A DNA stretch of 64,000 nucleotides, taken from positions 64,001 through 128,000 of the IMG/VR virus record IMGVR_UViG_3300014913_000007. The stretch is one strand, 5' to 3'. This stretch comes from a virus. Below are positions 42,288-53,740 of this stretch, piece by piece. Position 1 is the first letter of the stretch. Each line of letters begins with the position of its first letter. The notes below the pieces were generated by a model. The model made no database searches. It saw only the letters and a program-made list of their open reading frames with translations, and was not told the DNA's origin. The translations under genes were made by a program, and so were the position numbers.

Positions 42288-43514
42288 TTATAATTTCTTA
42301 GTTCTATATTGGGGATTACCTACTTTAACAAACGCAGCGTCCTCTATGTCTCTTTTTAAATCAGGATCATCTAACCTATTTAACAATTTGGTAATCTTTG
42401 TACTACTTATAGATGCTACTTCACCTAATTGATCAGGAGTAAGTAAGTTAATGACTCGCTCGGTGTCATAATATCTTCTACTAGAACATGTGGGGTTTAA
42501 AAAGTGCGTGTCATTGGCCACAGGAGTCTCTGGATCTGCCTCGATCCGTTGAGATACCCACAGTTTAATACTATCCTTGTAACCCTTTAAAGCTTTCTCA
42601 CGTAGTAAGATCTTCTGAAGTTCAACTATTGCTAGCTCATCCTTCATTGCGGTTATAGGTATAAAATCCGTTTCAAAGTTTCCACACATTAATGCTCCAT
42701 ACTGAGGACATTTATCTCTATAAGCACACCAGTGACAAGTATCATGTACAGTTCCGTCCGGCCTATCTTTTGGTACATTTGCAAAGTATTCTTTAATTGC
42801 TGTAAATATTGAAGATATTTGTCTTCTAAATTCCATCTGAGCTATTTCGGTCCTGTAGGAGGTTACACTCTGACCTAACCTTACATACTTCAATTCAAGT
42901 ATGCGGTTTGGATATTGTGGATACATTACCGCAGCTGCTAAATCATACATAGAGAGCTGTTCATCTATTTTTGCTTCATCCCAAGACATTGCCATTTTCG
43001 ATGTTTTATAATCTGTTATCTTTACAGTAGTATCGTCTATTTCTGAAACTTTATCTATAAATCCGTAGATATTTACTCCCTCAGGAGTCGTAATGTCAAA
43101 CTCGACTTCTGCATCAATTACTTTCTCATCATAGTCCAGACCTAAAAGTTCTGCCCTTACCATATCTGCACCTGAGTCAAAGAACTCCATAGAGTCTATG
43201 AAAGTTTTTGACATGTAATCCCTAAAAATATCCACGTATTCTTCCACTTCATCTACTGTTAATACTCTTGGATTCTGTATTAAGGAGATGTTTGCTCTCT
43301 CCAGAGCGTAATGTACTGAGTTTCCTAATGAAAACGAAGTGTTAGCTGGTTTAGGTAATTTTTCGGTGTAGTTCAAATGAAACTGTAATAAACATTGTAA
43401 CCAAAGTTTCATCATTGATGCCGATAACCTAATCTTTTTAGATTTAGTAAACTTCTTACTTGCTTTAATTACTTCATCTTTAATTTTCTTTGCTTTCGCC
43501 ATATTAATTCCCAA
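42288..43514 (-). CDS. PD-(D/E)XK (RecB/Cas4-like) exonuclease
   Basis: LSAS..QC, GNSVH, GFIDKV, DYKT, QLSMY, CHWCAYRDKC. Confidence 0.88.
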   Translation of the reverse strand: MGINMAKAKKIKDEVIKASKKFTKSKKIRLSASMMKLWLQCLLQFHLNYTEKLPKPANTSFSLGNSVHYALERANISLIQNPRVLTVDEVEEYVDIFRDYMSKTFIDSMEFFDSGADMVRAELLGLDYDEKVIDAEVEFDITTPEGVNIYGFIDKVSEIDDTTVKITDYKTSKMAMSWDEAKIDEQLSMYDLAAAVMYPQYPNRILELKYVRLGQSVTSYRTEIAQMEFRRQISSIFTAIKEYFANVPKDRPDGTVHDTCHWCAYRDKCPQYGALMCGNFETDFIPITAMKDELAIVELQKILLREKALKGYKDSIKLWVSQRIEADPETPVANDTHFLNPTCSSRRYYDTERVINLLTPDQLGEVASISSTKITKLLNRLDDPDLKRDIEDAAFVKVGNPQYRTKKL

Positions 43515-43547
43515 CGATAAACATAAAATAGTTAACTATATTTTAAC

Positions 43548-44045
43548 CTATTCACCCTGTTTAGTCAACTTCATAACTCCCCAATCTGCCATTAAAATAG
43601 CATCAGTAATATCATTATGACTTGATAGGATAAACCCTTCTAACTCATACTTTTCTACTGCCCAATCAAATACATGTCCCTTATCCAATTTAGCTATACC
43701 TAATACAGGTTTTACTACATCTTTCTTTGCCGTGGCTTGGTGACACATCCTAATAGGTATATTGTCTGGAATTGCTATAAGTGTTACACCATAGAAACCT
43801 CCCAACAGTTTTACTGAGTTCAAGTTCCTAGTCTGGTGAAGTTCTTCAATGACTACTACATCTGGTTTATGTATCTGAAGTGCTTCCTCTATATTATTAG
43901 TTAAAACTTGAAATCTTTTCCTATGTGAATCCTCTTTCTTCTTTAACCTTGTTTGCCAACTTCCACAATCCACAAGATTGTATCCATCCTCAATAACTGC
44001 ATATCCAGTTCTAGTTGCTAAATCTAACCCTAAAACTCTAACCAC
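43548..44045 (-). CDS. ruvC: RuvC-like Holliday junction resolvase
   Basis: [22 protein letters not shown]. Confidence 0.85.
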   Translation of the reverse strand: MVRVLGLDLATRTGYAVIEDGYNLVDCGSWQTRLKKKEDSHRKRFQVLTNNIEEALQIHKPDVVVIEELHQTRNLNSVKLLGGFYGVTLIAIPDNIPIRMCHQATAKKDVVKPVLGIAKLDKGHVFDWAVEKYELEGFILSSHNDITDAILMADWGVMKLTKQGE

Positions 44046-44922
44046 CTTTTTTCCATCCTTTCTTTAGTAGTTCATTTAACAATGCACAATCTTCTATATT
44101 CAATTTGGATAAGTCTGGTAAATCTATTATTGGCATTATACCTAAACATCCTGGAGTAACTTTCCATCCCTCGTTTCCTAGTCCAGAAAACTGTAGTAAT
44201 TTACCTATACTATACCTAGGAGGTATAGTAAAGTTAACTTCCTTTTTCTTATGATATACAAGCTTACCCTTACAGATTCTACAAGAACGTTCAGTAGTCC
44301 AACCAACTTTGTTACACCTTGTACAAGACTTTGTAGTATTTATAAACCCATGTGAAGTCTTTATAGACCTAGAGATCATTCCATAACCTTTACATGTCGC
44401 ACATTCTATCCATCTACTAGCATCACCGAGGCAATTATCACAACAAGCTAATACCTCAAGTTCTAAACTTATACTTCCACCTGTAAGTGCCTCCAATAAA
44501 GTTATAGGTATATCTAGCGGGGCAATCTCTCCCAACCTAATAGGTTGAGAACCTGGCCTCGGCCTCTTTTGAGGTCTAGGTTGTTGTTCAAAGCGTCTAT
44601 TAAAAAACTCAGCAAAATCTACTGGATTAGATCTCCCTGAAAAATTACGTCCATTTAGATCATTACCTAAATAATCCTTCTTAGTAATAGTATCATACGC
44701 CAAAGTAATTTCCTTGAACTTCTCCTCTGCGTTCTTATTCTCTCTATTTACGTCTGGATGATACTTTTTAGCTAACTTTCTATATGCTTTTTTAATATCG
44801 TCCTCAGATGTTGAAGTATCCACACCTAATATTTTATACGCTTCACTTAAATTCATATTATCCCACACTAAACGCTGAAGCTGTAAATTGAGAGTAAGTT
44901 TTTCCAGCGAATTCATTTTCAC
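44038..44922 (-). CDS. dnaJ: DnaJ-like co-chaperone (likely start ATG near 44856)
   Basis: J-domain with HPD; CxxCxGxG-type Zn repeats. Confidence 0.88.
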   Translation of the reverse strand: MKMNSLEKLTLNLQLQRLVWDNMNLSEAYKILGVDTSTSEDDIKKAYRKLAKKYHPDVNRENKNAEEKFKEITLAYDTITKKDYLGNDLNGRNFSGRSNPVDFAEFFNRRFEQQPRPQKRPRPGSQPIRLGEIAPLDIPITLLEALTGGSISLELEVLACCDNCLGDASRWIECATCKGYGMISRSIKTSHGFINTTKSCTRCNKVGWTTERSCRICKGKLVYHKKKEVNFTIPPRYSIGKLLQFSGLGNEGWKVTPGCLGIMPIIDLPDLSKLNIEDCALLNELLKKGWKKGG

Positions 44923-45163
44923 TGAAACTACTTAATACTTTTATCCAGGAACCTTCTGGTACCTCTCTTAATCTATCAGCTATATCATACCAAGCTACTA
45001 TCTTAATACTTTGATATCCGTTCCTTCCTGACTCTTGTAGTCTAATCTCTCCCTTTCCCATAGGATGTCTATCTCCTACTACATTATAAGTATATCCAAA
45101 TAAGTAACCTTCAAAATAACAATTATTTTTTGGTACTTTAGAGTAGCTTTCCATATTCCACAC
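44858..45163 (-). CDS. SSB-like OB-fold protein
   Basis: NNCYFEG...[11 protein letters not shown]...GSWIKV pattern. Confidence 0.6.
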   Translation of the reverse strand: MWNMESYSKVPKNNCYFEGYLFGYTYNVVGDRHPMGKGEIRLQESGRNGYQSIKIVAWYDIADRLREVPEGSWIKVLSSFSENEFAGKTYSQFTASAFSVG

Positions 45164-46241
45164 ATTTTTCTACTTCTGTATTTTGATATACTCTAAGATT
45201 ACTTAAACATTTGGTAATCTGCTCCTTAGAATTATCATCTGGATCTCCTGATTCTAACCTAGCAATACTTATTTTCATACCTGGTAATTTTTCTAATGAA
45301 TTTATGACTCCTTTTTCTGCAGCTTCTCCAGACTCTACTAAAAATACTACATTGCAGCAATACTTATATAAAAGTCTTGCCTGATTGTTGGTTAAATTAG
45401 ATCCTCTAGATGCTACAACATTTTTAAAACCATATGAATACATCCTAATTGCTGAAAGTTCCCCTTCAACTACTATTAAACTATCATTTACTAAATTATT
45501 TTTTGCTCTATTTAAATTAAAAAGTACTCCACCTTTCTTAAAGTTTGCTACCATATCATACTTTGCTATCTTCTTCTCTTTCCCCAAGCTGTTAATAACT
45601 ACTTCAGGATAATTAAGTACTCCATCCATTCTTCTAGCATTAACTCCAACTAGGTTACCAAATTCATCAAAGGCAGGTATTCCCATCCTTAATATGTTGT
45701 AGTTATCTAAGCAGGGATAAAATTGAAAGGTAGATATAGTATCTTCGTCAGTATAATTCCTTGACTCTAAATACTTCTCTACATAGTTATACCCTTCTTC
45801 GTAGTATCCTGGAAAGGTAGTCAATACTTTTAAACTTTCTAATCTGGTATTCTTCATTGCGGTGTAATCTTTTCGTACTTCTGCTGCAGCAAGATAATCA
45901 GAGTAACCTTCAGAGTCTCCGGTCTGTAAGTCAAATCCAAACATAGTTGATAAAGTCTCTACTGCTTCCTTAAATTCTACATTTAGCTTATTCATAACAA
46001 ATGCGTACACATCTCTAGGTCCATCTTTTCCACATTCCTTAGTGAAGCATGTCCACATTCCCTCACTCCTTTTCCAAGAGAATCCTGTAGGATTGTCTCC
46101 AGAATGTAATGGACATGGACAACGTATTTCAAAACCATTATCTGTCATAAGAGCAGGAGATACTCCACCTATAGAAATTAAAACTTCTTTTGGATCTACT
46201 ACTTGCTTTAATTCTTCTATTGATTCTTTTTTATAAAACAT
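45138..46241 (-). CDS. dnaG: DnaG-type primase (CHC2 Zn finger plus TOPRIM, catalytic acidic motifs altered)
   Basis: CPLHSGDNP..CFTKEC; LFNL; VVEG; DPDD. Confidence 0.85.
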   Translation of the reverse strand: MFYKKESIEELKQVVDPKEVLISIGGVSPALMTDNGFEIRCPCPLHSGDNPTGFSWKRSEGMWTCFTKECGKDGPRDVYAFVMNKLNVEFKEAVETLSTMFGFDLQTGDSEGYSDYLAAAEVRKDYTAMKNTRLESLKVLTTFPGYYEEGYNYVEKYLESRNYTDEDTISTFQFYPCLDNYNILRMGIPAFDEFGNLVGVNARRMDGVLNYPEVVINSLGKEKKIAKYDMVANFKKGGVLFNLNRAKNNLVNDSLIVVEGELSAIRMYSYGFKNVVASRGSNLTNNQARLLYKYCCNVVFLVESGEAAEKGVINSLEKLPGMKISIARLESGDPDDNSKEQITKCLSNLRVYQNTEVEKCVEYGKLL

Positions 46242-46250
46242 AAAAGTACC

Positions 46251-47795
46251 TTAAAATAAGTCATCATCATCTACTGGTAAAATATACTCTTCTTTTACAG
46301 TTACTTGTTCAATATCTGTATGTTTTATTACATTTTCTACTTTTTCTACTTTAAATGACTCATTAATCAATCTAGCATATTCTGCAGGTGTTGTTGTTTC
46401 AACATTGATTGCTGAATCCTCACCAGTCTCCTCATTAATGTCATCAATGAAATCTTCTGCTTCCTGTAATAGGTTACAAGGTTTCCAAAATCTTACAGGT
46501 GTTCTTGCCTTTCCACCCGATCTAGTTTTCCAGCTTGTTAACCAATGGGTTCCGTATTTACGGTGATCTCCTGCATATTCTAGTTCTTTTACTGTTTTAG
46601 CTCTAAACTCTATTAGATTATTACAATACCTGAGGATTCTGTCACTATCTGCTACCTTAAGGTTCCTAGTATTTATCTGACAGGCAGCAAGAACTGGGAT
46701 ATTTAACTTTCCAGCTGTAGTTTTTAATGCTACAGTTAAGTCACCTAAAACCTGATCCTCCCTTCTATTCTTAATCTGACCATTATCCATATTAGTATCT
46801 AATTTGATGTAATCAAAAATCACTAAACCTATATTGTGTTTAGCTTTGTGGTATTGAATTCTACTACACAATTTACTTGCATTAAATTCAGGCATGTATT
46901 CGTGGAAAAAGGTCTCTCCATTTTCTATTTCAGTTATAACTCTATCAAGTATTAACTTACTTTTTGGATCATGATAGGCAATACCATTTGAAATATCTCG
47001 CTCCCTTATCATTGATCTCATGGCTAGTAATCTAGCTGCATCTTCTTCTGAATACATTTCAGTACTTATGAAGTATACTGGGACTCTATGTGCATTTGCA
47101 AATGCTACTTCCTCAGCTATATTTAATAGAACCGTTGACTTCCCTGCCCCAGCTATGCCAGCAACTACCGTTAAGGCTCCTGGCATTAACCCATTAATCG
47201 CCTCATCTAGTTTTTTAAATCCAGTGTGTAACCCTCGAATATTGGTAGGATTAGCAGCCCATTTCTCTACATACTCACGTATAGTGGTATTAATGTGAAC
47301 TGCTTCCTGTTCCTTGTCTTCATATCCTCTTAATTTATTGATCCTAGCAAGTACCTCATCCATTAATTCATTTGAATCAAGTGATTCTTGCACGTCCGTT
47401 CTATTCTGCTGTACTATTGTATGTGAATCCTTTATTGCCTCATTTAAAGCGAATTTCTTATACGCTTCTCTTACTTTGTTTAGATATAGTTTATAGTTGC
47501 TAAGCTTAAAGTTATGTTCACAAACCATCATTAGGTAGTCTGCTCCAACTCCTGAGTCTTTTAAACCAAGCTTGGCACATTCTATGTAAACAGTATCTAT
47601 ATCTAAATTTTTAAGGTCAGTTTGATCAGATAGTAGACACATGGCTGTATATATAATCCTATGTGGTTCATATAAGAAATACTCAGATCCAATAAGTTGT
47701 CTAGTCTCTATAAGTAAATCTTCATTACTAAAAATTAAACCTAGCAACCCTCTCTCATACTGAGAGTAAAACTTTGATCTCTCGTCATTATTCAT
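46251..47795 (-). CDS. dnaB: DnaB-like replicative helicase
   Basis: TGFKKLD, GIAGAGKS, STEM, IFDYI, ACQIN. Confidence 0.92.
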   Translation of the reverse strand: MNNDERSKFYSQYERGLLGLIFSNEDLLIETRQLIGSEYFLYEPHRIIYTAMCLLSDQTDLKNLDIDTVYIECAKLGLKDSGVGADYLMMVCEHNFKLSNYKLYLNKVREAYKKFALNEAIKDSHTIVQQNRTDVQESLDSNELMDEVLARINKLRGYEDKEQEAVHINTTIREYVEKWAANPTNIRGLHTGFKKLDEAINGLMPGALTVVAGIAGAGKSTVLLNIAEEVAFANAHRVPVYFISTEMYSEEDAARLLAMRSMIRERDISNGIAYHDPKSKLILDRVITEIENGETFFHEYMPEFNASKLCSRIQYHKAKHNIGLVIFDYIKLDTNMDNGQIKNRREDQVLGDLTVALKTTAGKLNIPVLAACQINTRNLKVADSDRILRYCNNLIEFRAKTVKELEYAGDHRKYGTHWLTSWKTRSGGKARTPVRFWKPCNLLQEAEDFIDDINEETGEDSAINVETTTPAEYARLINESFKVEKVENVIKHTDIEQVTVKEEYILPVDDDDLF

Positions 47796-48262
47796 TATTG
47801 ACCTGTATTACCCCTTACAGACAGTTCCTTCTTCAATGCATTAGCTATTTCCATAACCATTTCTGGTGTTTTATGGAACAACGTTGCCTCACTCTCAGCT
47901 TTATACCAGTTCTCCTCTAAAACAGCTAAGTTAGGATTATCCTCTAACGCTTGTGCAGCCTTCTCCTTTACCGTTAATTTTGACTTCTGCAGCTTTATCA
48001 TAGTCTTTCCTAGTTCTAACTCATACCTTCTCTTAGTAGAATCTCTCTTAACTGTCCGCATGTTTGATTGTAATTGTAAATATAACTGATATCTAGTTAG
48101 GGTGAAGATCAATGAGGAGATTTTCTGGGCTGATAAGGTTCCTAGCATGGTTCCATCAATGCTCAAAGCCTCTTTTAATGCCTCTGGTTGAGGAGTTATG
48201 GATCCTAAACCTGTTTCTTCTAAGCATCTATTCAAACTCTTAAAATGTTGATCTTCAGACAT
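47795..48262 (-). CDS. helical protein, possibly UvsY-like recombination mediator
   Basis: size, coiled-coil character and position near recA. Confidence 0.45.
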   Translation of the reverse strand: MSEDQHFKSLNRCLEETGLGSITPQPEALKEALSIDGTMLGTLSAQKISSLIFTLTRYQLYLQLQSNMRTVKRDSTKRRYELELGKTMIKLQKSKLTVKEKAAQALEDNPNLAVLEENWYKAESEATLFHKTPEMVMEIANALKKELSVRGNTGQ

Positions 48263-48272
48263 TAAAACTCTC

Positions 48273-48614
48273 CTATGAATTAACTATTCTAGCCTTAACT
48301 TCCTCTACAGTTAGTTTTGCTATCTCATCATATTTAAAGTATACCAGAGTATACCCATTTTTACCACACCATTCTTGCTTTAAATTGTCCCTAGCGTTAG
48401 ATTTATAAAAATTCTCTATCATACCATGAAAAAACCGAATAAATTTATAATGCTGTTGCCCTTGAACTTCTATCATAACTTTTAAAGAAGGTATGCAGAA
48501 ATCAAAAAAGAGACGAGTACCATACATAGTCTCATAACACTGACTCTCAATATCATAATTTGGTAGAGCTTTAGATATTAACTCATCTATTGTTATTTCA
48601 AGTTTACTAATCAA
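48273..48614 (-). CDS. Vsr/DUF559-like endonuclease
   Basis: FDF...IEVQGQQHY...RDNLKQEWC. Confidence 0.78.
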   Translation of the reverse strand: MISKLEITIDELISKALPNYDIESQCYETMYGTRLFFDFCIPSLKVMIEVQGQQHYKFIRFFHGMIENFYKSNARDNLKQEWCGKNGYTLVYFKYDEIAKLTVEEVKARIVNS

Positions 48615-49765
48615 TCAGCCTCATTATATGTTACTTCTTTAGGGCTACCATCTTCATTCAAGAAGGGGTTAGTGAATCCATCTAAATATTTAAGTTCTAA
48701 ACTTTTAATTACCCGACTTCTTACTTCAATAAAAAATTCAGGCTCATTATAAAGTTTCTGTATTAAATTATCTTTTCCATACACTACTTGGTCTCCAGCT
48801 GGGTCATCTCCCCATCTGTATCTCCCACCATTTCCAACTAGTACGTCAGTCTGTTGAGTTGCTAACTCTGCCAACTCCATGTGAGGCTGAACACCAATAC
48901 CTAAAAACAAGGGTATAGTGACTTCCCTCAGAGGCATACCTATCTTAGACTTATCACATAGACATTTAACATGCTGACCGACTGGCTTTCCAGTTATTGG
49001 ATCTAAGATCCTGCTATTAGCGTACTTAACTTTTCCCGTTAGTTTAATACTTGCAGCTAAATAGTGCTCCAGACACCATCCACCAAAGGGTTTAACCCCA
49101 CCCATATTGAACCCACCCAGATTATTCCTAACTTGATTAACTACAATTAGTAGTACATTATTATCAGCACACATATCTGCAATTCTTGGAAGTGTTGTAG
49201 ATATAAAGGATGCTGAAGAAGCTATCCTATCATGTGTTATATCAATGTCCTTATCCTTCTTAGCTTTCGGATGTGGTTTCCACGCTGCTATTGAATCTAT
49301 GATTACTACTCCAACTTCACCAGTCTGTAACATCTTATACAAAATGTTAGAAGCCATGTCAGCTTCCTTCTTCAAGACCCAAAAATTGTCTTTAACTACT
49401 CCAGAAGCTATTACTAAATCAGCATCTAAGGTTTTCTCTGCATCAAGGAATAATACCTTTTCTCCTCTAGCCGTAGCATTTGCTGCAAATCCTAAAGCTA
49501 AGGTAGTCTTCCCTGTTCCAGGCTCTCCCCACAATTGAAGCATCATTCCTTTACGCATACCACCTAGCCTAGGACTAAGTATGTAATCAACTGATAAAGA
49601 TCCACTACTTATGCCTTTGGCTGGCTTTGCTAGCATTTCATCTAGAGTTTCTAATATAGATCCTCCTGTCTCTTCTTCTAACACCTGCATTTGCTTTTCA
49701 AACATTGTTGTAGGTTTCTTTTCTTCCGTTTTTGATTTCTTTCCTACTTTAGTTTTCTTTACCAT
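48611..49765 (-). CDS. recA: RecA/UvsX-like recombinase
   Basis: SSGSLSVD, GEPGTGKT, LDAE, IIDSIAA, NQVR, GG. Confidence 0.92.
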   Translation of the reverse strand: MVKKTKVGKKSKTEEKKPTTMFEKQMQVLEEETGGSILETLDEMLAKPAKGISSGSLSVDYILSPRLGGMRKGMMLQLWGEPGTGKTTLALGFAANATARGEKVLFLDAEKTLDADLVIASGVVKDNFWVLKKEADMASNILYKMLQTGEVGVVIIDSIAAWKPHPKAKKDKDIDITHDRIASSASFISTTLPRIADMCADNNVLLIVVNQVRNNLGGFNMGGVKPFGGWCLEHYLAASIKLTGKVKYANSRILDPITGKPVGQHVKCLCDKSKIGMPLREVTIPLFLGIGVQPHMELAELATQQTDVLVGNGGRYRWGDDPAGDQVVYGKDNLIQKLYNEPEFFIEVRSRVIKSLELKYLDGFTNPFLNEDGSPKEVTYNEAD

Positions 49766-49767
49766 TC

Positions 49768-50328
49768 TTAGTCTTCTCCTTTAAGTAATTCTTTGTGACG
49801 TAACTCTCTCAACTTTTTAAAAGTTTCGTCCTCGTCCATGTCATTATATTTGGCCCTTTTATATTCCTCTGCTTCTTCAGAATCCTCATAAGACTCCACT
49901 GCATCTTTATGTGCTTTTAGAGCTTTAGTAAATATCCAACTACCTTTCTCAGATACAAGAAAGCTTATGGAGTACGGAGGATCGTTCAAATTTAAAGCAT
50001 CATAATATGTAAATACTAAATCTATTAAATCCATTAAGGATTCATTTGCTGAATTCTTACTTAAGTTTTCTTTTAATGCCTTTTCTTGAAACTTTTTTAC
50101 TGCCTTTAGTTCCCTGTTCTCACTCAATCTATTACTTATTACTGTACTGTCATCTGCTACCTCTGAAAGCCTCCCATAAAAAAAGTCTATAACATTTTGA
50201 TTAGTAATCACTAAACTAGTTTTTGTCTCTCCAGCTACTACAGAATAACCTAGACCTTCGAGTAATTTTACTGCCTCTTCCTCTCTTAAAACCTTCTTAG
50301 TTTTTATTAAGCTATCCTGTTCGTTCAC
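49768..50328 (-). CDS. hypothetical protein
   Basis: 186-aa ORF in operon. Confidence 0.65.
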   Translation of the reverse strand: MNEQDSLIKTKKVLREEEAVKLLEGLGYSVVAGETKTSLVITNQNVIDFFYGRLSEVADDSTVISNRLSENRELKAVKKFQEKALKENLSKNSANESLMDLIDLVFTYYDALNLNDPPYSISFLVSEKGSWIFTKALKAHKDAVESYEDSEEAEEYKRAKYNDMDEDETFKKLRELRHKELLKGED

Positions 50329-50330
50329 TG

Positions 50331-51494
50331 TTAGTTCATTCCCTGGATTAAAAAAATTAGCTCCCTATTAGGAGAACATAGAGTTACTCTATTGTTGCTG
50401 CTGTTAAAGTAAAACTCTGACATTTTTTCTATACTACTTAACTTCTGTATACTAGTGGTAAATAAAGATCCGTTTATCTTCACCTCCGAGTCACATCTAA
50501 TGGTTGAAGGTAGACCTTCACTGGAATTCTTATCAGTTCTTATATTAAAACTTCCCTCTTTAAATTGCAAGTATACTTTATTATGAACATCATTTGATAG
50601 ATGAGTTAATGTACTAACTATCGATGGGATAGGAGGTAAATCTATAGAACCTATATGCTGAGAATTTTCATCTAAATTAAAAAATGCATTTGGATCATTA
50701 ATTCCATATAAAGTATTTAATGTAGGTACCTTCATACCTCTTTGAGAGGTCTCAACGTATAGAGAAGACCTGGAAGCAGAAATCTTAATAGATTCCGTCC
50801 CATTTGTGAAATTTTTTATCAAAGCCAATATAACATTAGACAATACCACTCTAAAGTGTTTATCCAAAGTGTGTTTTATTACAGGCGACTGAAATTTTGA
50901 AGCCATAATACTATCTGTACCTACTAAAACAAAATCTTGACCCACGATCTCTAAAAGACATCCGTTACCATCTCTAGATGTAGCATCTGCTTTAAATAGA
51001 TTACAATTAATTATAGCTTGGTGTATTTTTTCTGTACTTATCTCTACAAAGTTTTCTCTATCCTTCATCAACTTCGAAAAAGTAGACACGTCCTTTCCAA
51101 TTTCAAGTATAGCATGAGCTAATCTTAGTTGAGTAGATTTGCTCTCTGAATAGAAGACTTCCCAACTAGTATGTAGAATAGATTTAGAAAACTTAAAAGA
51201 TACTCTCCGAGTATAAGGAAATTTATCTTCCTTTTTAAATTCAGATACATTAATAGAGGATAGCTCTTTAACTAATATGGTGGAGTTTCCTTCACCCTCA
51301 GAAGAAATTACTGGTACATCTTCGACGAAGATACAAGGTATGTCAGTTTTCTCAATCTTAGATTCATAAAATACCTTTAGTTTAGAAGCTTCCAATAAAA
51401 AAGTTATGGAAGCTGCTGGATCACCAGAAGCTACTCCAGACAGTCTCTTTAAAAGTCCATTTAAGACTAATGTATCTATTGCAAAGTTGAACAT
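50331..51494 (-). CDS. divergent DNA sliding clamp (beta-clamp-like)
   Basis: 387 aa; NGCLLE...LVGTDS motif like the beta-clamp VATDG; replication context. Confidence 0.6.
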   Translation of the reverse strand: MFNFAIDTLVLNGLLKRLSGVASGDPAASITFLLEASKLKVFYESKIEKTDIPCIFVEDVPVISSEGEGNSTILVKELSSINVSEFKKEDKFPYTRRVSFKFSKSILHTSWEVFYSESKSTQLRLAHAILEIGKDVSTFSKLMKDRENFVEISTEKIHQAIINCNLFKADATSRDGNGCLLEIVGQDFVLVGTDSIMASKFQSPVIKHTLDKHFRVVLSNVILALIKNFTNGTESIKISASRSSLYVETSQRGMKVPTLNTLYGINDPNAFFNLDENSQHIGSIDLPPIPSIVSTLTHLSNDVHNKVYLQFKEGSFNIRTDKNSSEGLPSTIRCDSEVKINGSLFTTSIQKLSSIEKMSEFYFNSSNNRVTLCSPNRELIFLIQGMN

Positions 51495-51511
51495 ATTCTC
51501 TTATAAAAAAA

Positions 51512-53740
51512 TTAAACAGTACCTGAGATCGTAGAAGCTAGATCAGCTATTTCTACTCCAGAAATAGTTGCTACTAAATCGGGTGTCTCGGTATCTACTA
51601 TAATATCAGTACTTATAACTTTAGTCAAGACCACTGTTTTCTGTCCATTCTCTAGGACTACTACTTTAGGTATGTATTCAATTCCTAAAGTATCAACTAG
51701 TGTATGTTTAGTATAATCAGTATAATTAGAGATTAAGTGTGCGTTTAAATCTTGTAAGTCTCCAGTACCTTCTATACTTGCATTTAATATAGGTTGATTA
51801 GCTACTGGTAATATTTTAGTTTTCAAATCCTTAATATATCTTGAGTCTATCGGTAATACTTCTGCACCTAAATCATCCAGATCACCTTTGGATGTAATTG
51901 TGGCAAACAAGTTTTGACTTATTTCAGATACAGCACACATAATTCCGAATTTTATTGCCTCGTCCACACTCTCAAAATCCTCCAAGTTGTCTATAACACA
52001 CCGTTTTACATTAGTCTTTTGAGTAAGAACACTCGCTATATCTTCATCTATCTTATCAAAGCTCTCTACTATAATCTCTAATCTACTATCAGGACTTAAA
52101 CTTAGAGATGTGCCTGCCTCTTCTGAATAGTAATACTCTAAGGCATCTCCTTTAAAAAATATCCTTAAAGTTTTCCTCTCTCCAGTTTCAGTGTTTACCC
52201 ACTCGCCTAATAAACTAATATCTTTCTTAACACTTGAATAATAAAGAGGAGTGATTTCAGCAGATAAGTCAGTAGAGGGTTGTATACCTTCAATAAATGC
52301 AAATAAGTCTCCAAATGGTGAGTTTGTTATAACAAGGGGTATCACTGCCTCAGATGTGGCTGGTTGATCCGCTATAAAGAAGACCCAATCTTCACTAATT
52401 ACCTGATTTTTCACATAAAATTTTATTAAATCTTCAGCTATAGCGTACTGACCAGCAATACCTACTACAGATGCTTCTATGTCTTTATTATTTACGCCCT
52501 TAATACTAACATGTAAATCATTAAAACTACTAGAGAATTCACATGCAGACGCATTTATGAGAGCCTTAAAATCTCGATACGGAAAGGTACTGATAGGTAT
52601 AGAAGAATCTACATAAAAAACCTTTGGATATATAGTTGCAAACAACCTCCCTGGCTCTATTGCAGTGATTAATGAACTCAATGACTTAGAGTCCTTAAAG
52701 TCATAAAAAGCCTTTAAGTCTGAAGATACATTAGGAGATACCGAGGCATCTAAGTCTAATTGCTTTGTTATATCTCCATAAGGAGTTATAGTTGCATTCA
52801 ACAACTTCTGAGGAACAACTCCTATGGTGGCCCTCAAATCCTGTGTCTGTACCCCGTCTACTAGTGCATATAATAAAGTAGTATCCTCAGTTGATGCAAA
52901 AATATACCCTGTAAGACCCTTTAAATCACCCGTAGGAACGATCTCTGCTACGAGTGACCCATCAGGTAGTTTTCCAGATATAGAGCCATACAGAGGTGCT
53001 GTGGACAATCCTAGTAGGGATCCAATTAGACCTACTGGTTCATATCCTTCTATCTCAGCTGTTATGTCTAAAGGTTCATATCCTGCTATGGTGGCATCTA
53101 GATTTAGGTGTCCTGAACCTAGTATTATAGCTCTTAATTGGTCTTCCTCTTCTACCCCAACAAATCCTTGAATCCCTGCTAATAAATCATCAGTACCGAG
53201 ACCTGTTCCAGATAGTAAAGCTTTAAAGCTATCAGTGTAGTAGGGATGATAGAGGCCAGATATTGAAGTATCATCCCAACCAATTATGTTTCCTGATAAC
53301 TGGTCAAAAGCCAGTCCTGTTATGGTAGCAAGAAGATCTATTGGATCTATAGAAGCTATATTAGCATTTAAATTCAGACCTGTTACACCGATTAAAGTAG
53401 CTAGTAAATCCAGTGGAGGTATTGGTTCTATCTCAGCCATTAATCCAAACCCAGAGGATGTAGTTGGAACATAGTAACCGTTCAACGGTTGGATTACATA
53501 TGGTATTGCTACCCCTGAAATTACTGCTACTAAATCTGGAGTAGTTGTACCAGAAACAGAATTAGTAGCTGTGCTTATTGTAGGATCTTCTCCAAAATAA
53601 ATACTAAAGTTATAAGAAAATCCACCTTCTTTGTAGATTACATCTATATAATCAGTATTACTAAATAGAATATCAAAGTCTGTTTGACTTCTCCCTTCCC
53701 TACCACCTTTTCGAAAATTTAAGTTTTTAACTACCATCAT
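51512..53740 (-). CDS. virion structural protein with LxAxIxG repeats
   Basis: many 11-13-aa DLxAxIxG repeats; acidic. Confidence 0.65.
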   Translation of the reverse strand: MMVVKNLNFRKGGREGRSQTDFDILFSNTDYIDVIYKEGGFSYNFSIYFGEDPTISTATNSVSGTTTPDLVAVISGVAIPYVIQPLNGYYVPTTSSGFGLMAEIEPIPPLDLLATLIGVTGLNLNANIASIDPIDLLATITGLAFDQLSGNIIGWDDTSISGLYHPYYTDSFKALLSGTGLGTDDLLAGIQGFVGVEEEDQLRAIILGSGHLNLDATIAGYEPLDITAEIEGYEPVGLIGSLLGLSTAPLYGSISGKLPDGSLVAEIVPTGDLKGLTGYIFASTEDTTLLYALVDGVQTQDLRATIGVVPQKLLNATITPYGDITKQLDLDASVSPNVSSDLKAFYDFKDSKSLSSLITAIEPGRLFATIYPKVFYVDSSIPISTFPYRDFKALINASACEFSSSFNDLHVSIKGVNNKDIEASVVGIAGQYAIAEDLIKFYVKNQVISEDWVFFIADQPATSEAVIPLVITNSPFGDLFAFIEGIQPSTDLSAEITPLYYSSVKKDISLLGEWVNTETGERKTLRIFFKGDALEYYYSEEAGTSLSLSPDSRLEIIVESFDKIDEDIASVLTQKTNVKRCVIDNLEDFESVDEAIKFGIMCAVSEISQNLFATITSKGDLDDLGAEVLPIDSRYIKDLKTKILPVANQPILNASIEGTGDLQDLNAHLISNYTDYTKHTLVDTLGIEYIPKVVVLENGQKTVVLTKVISTDIIVDTETPDLVATISGVEIADLASTISGTV

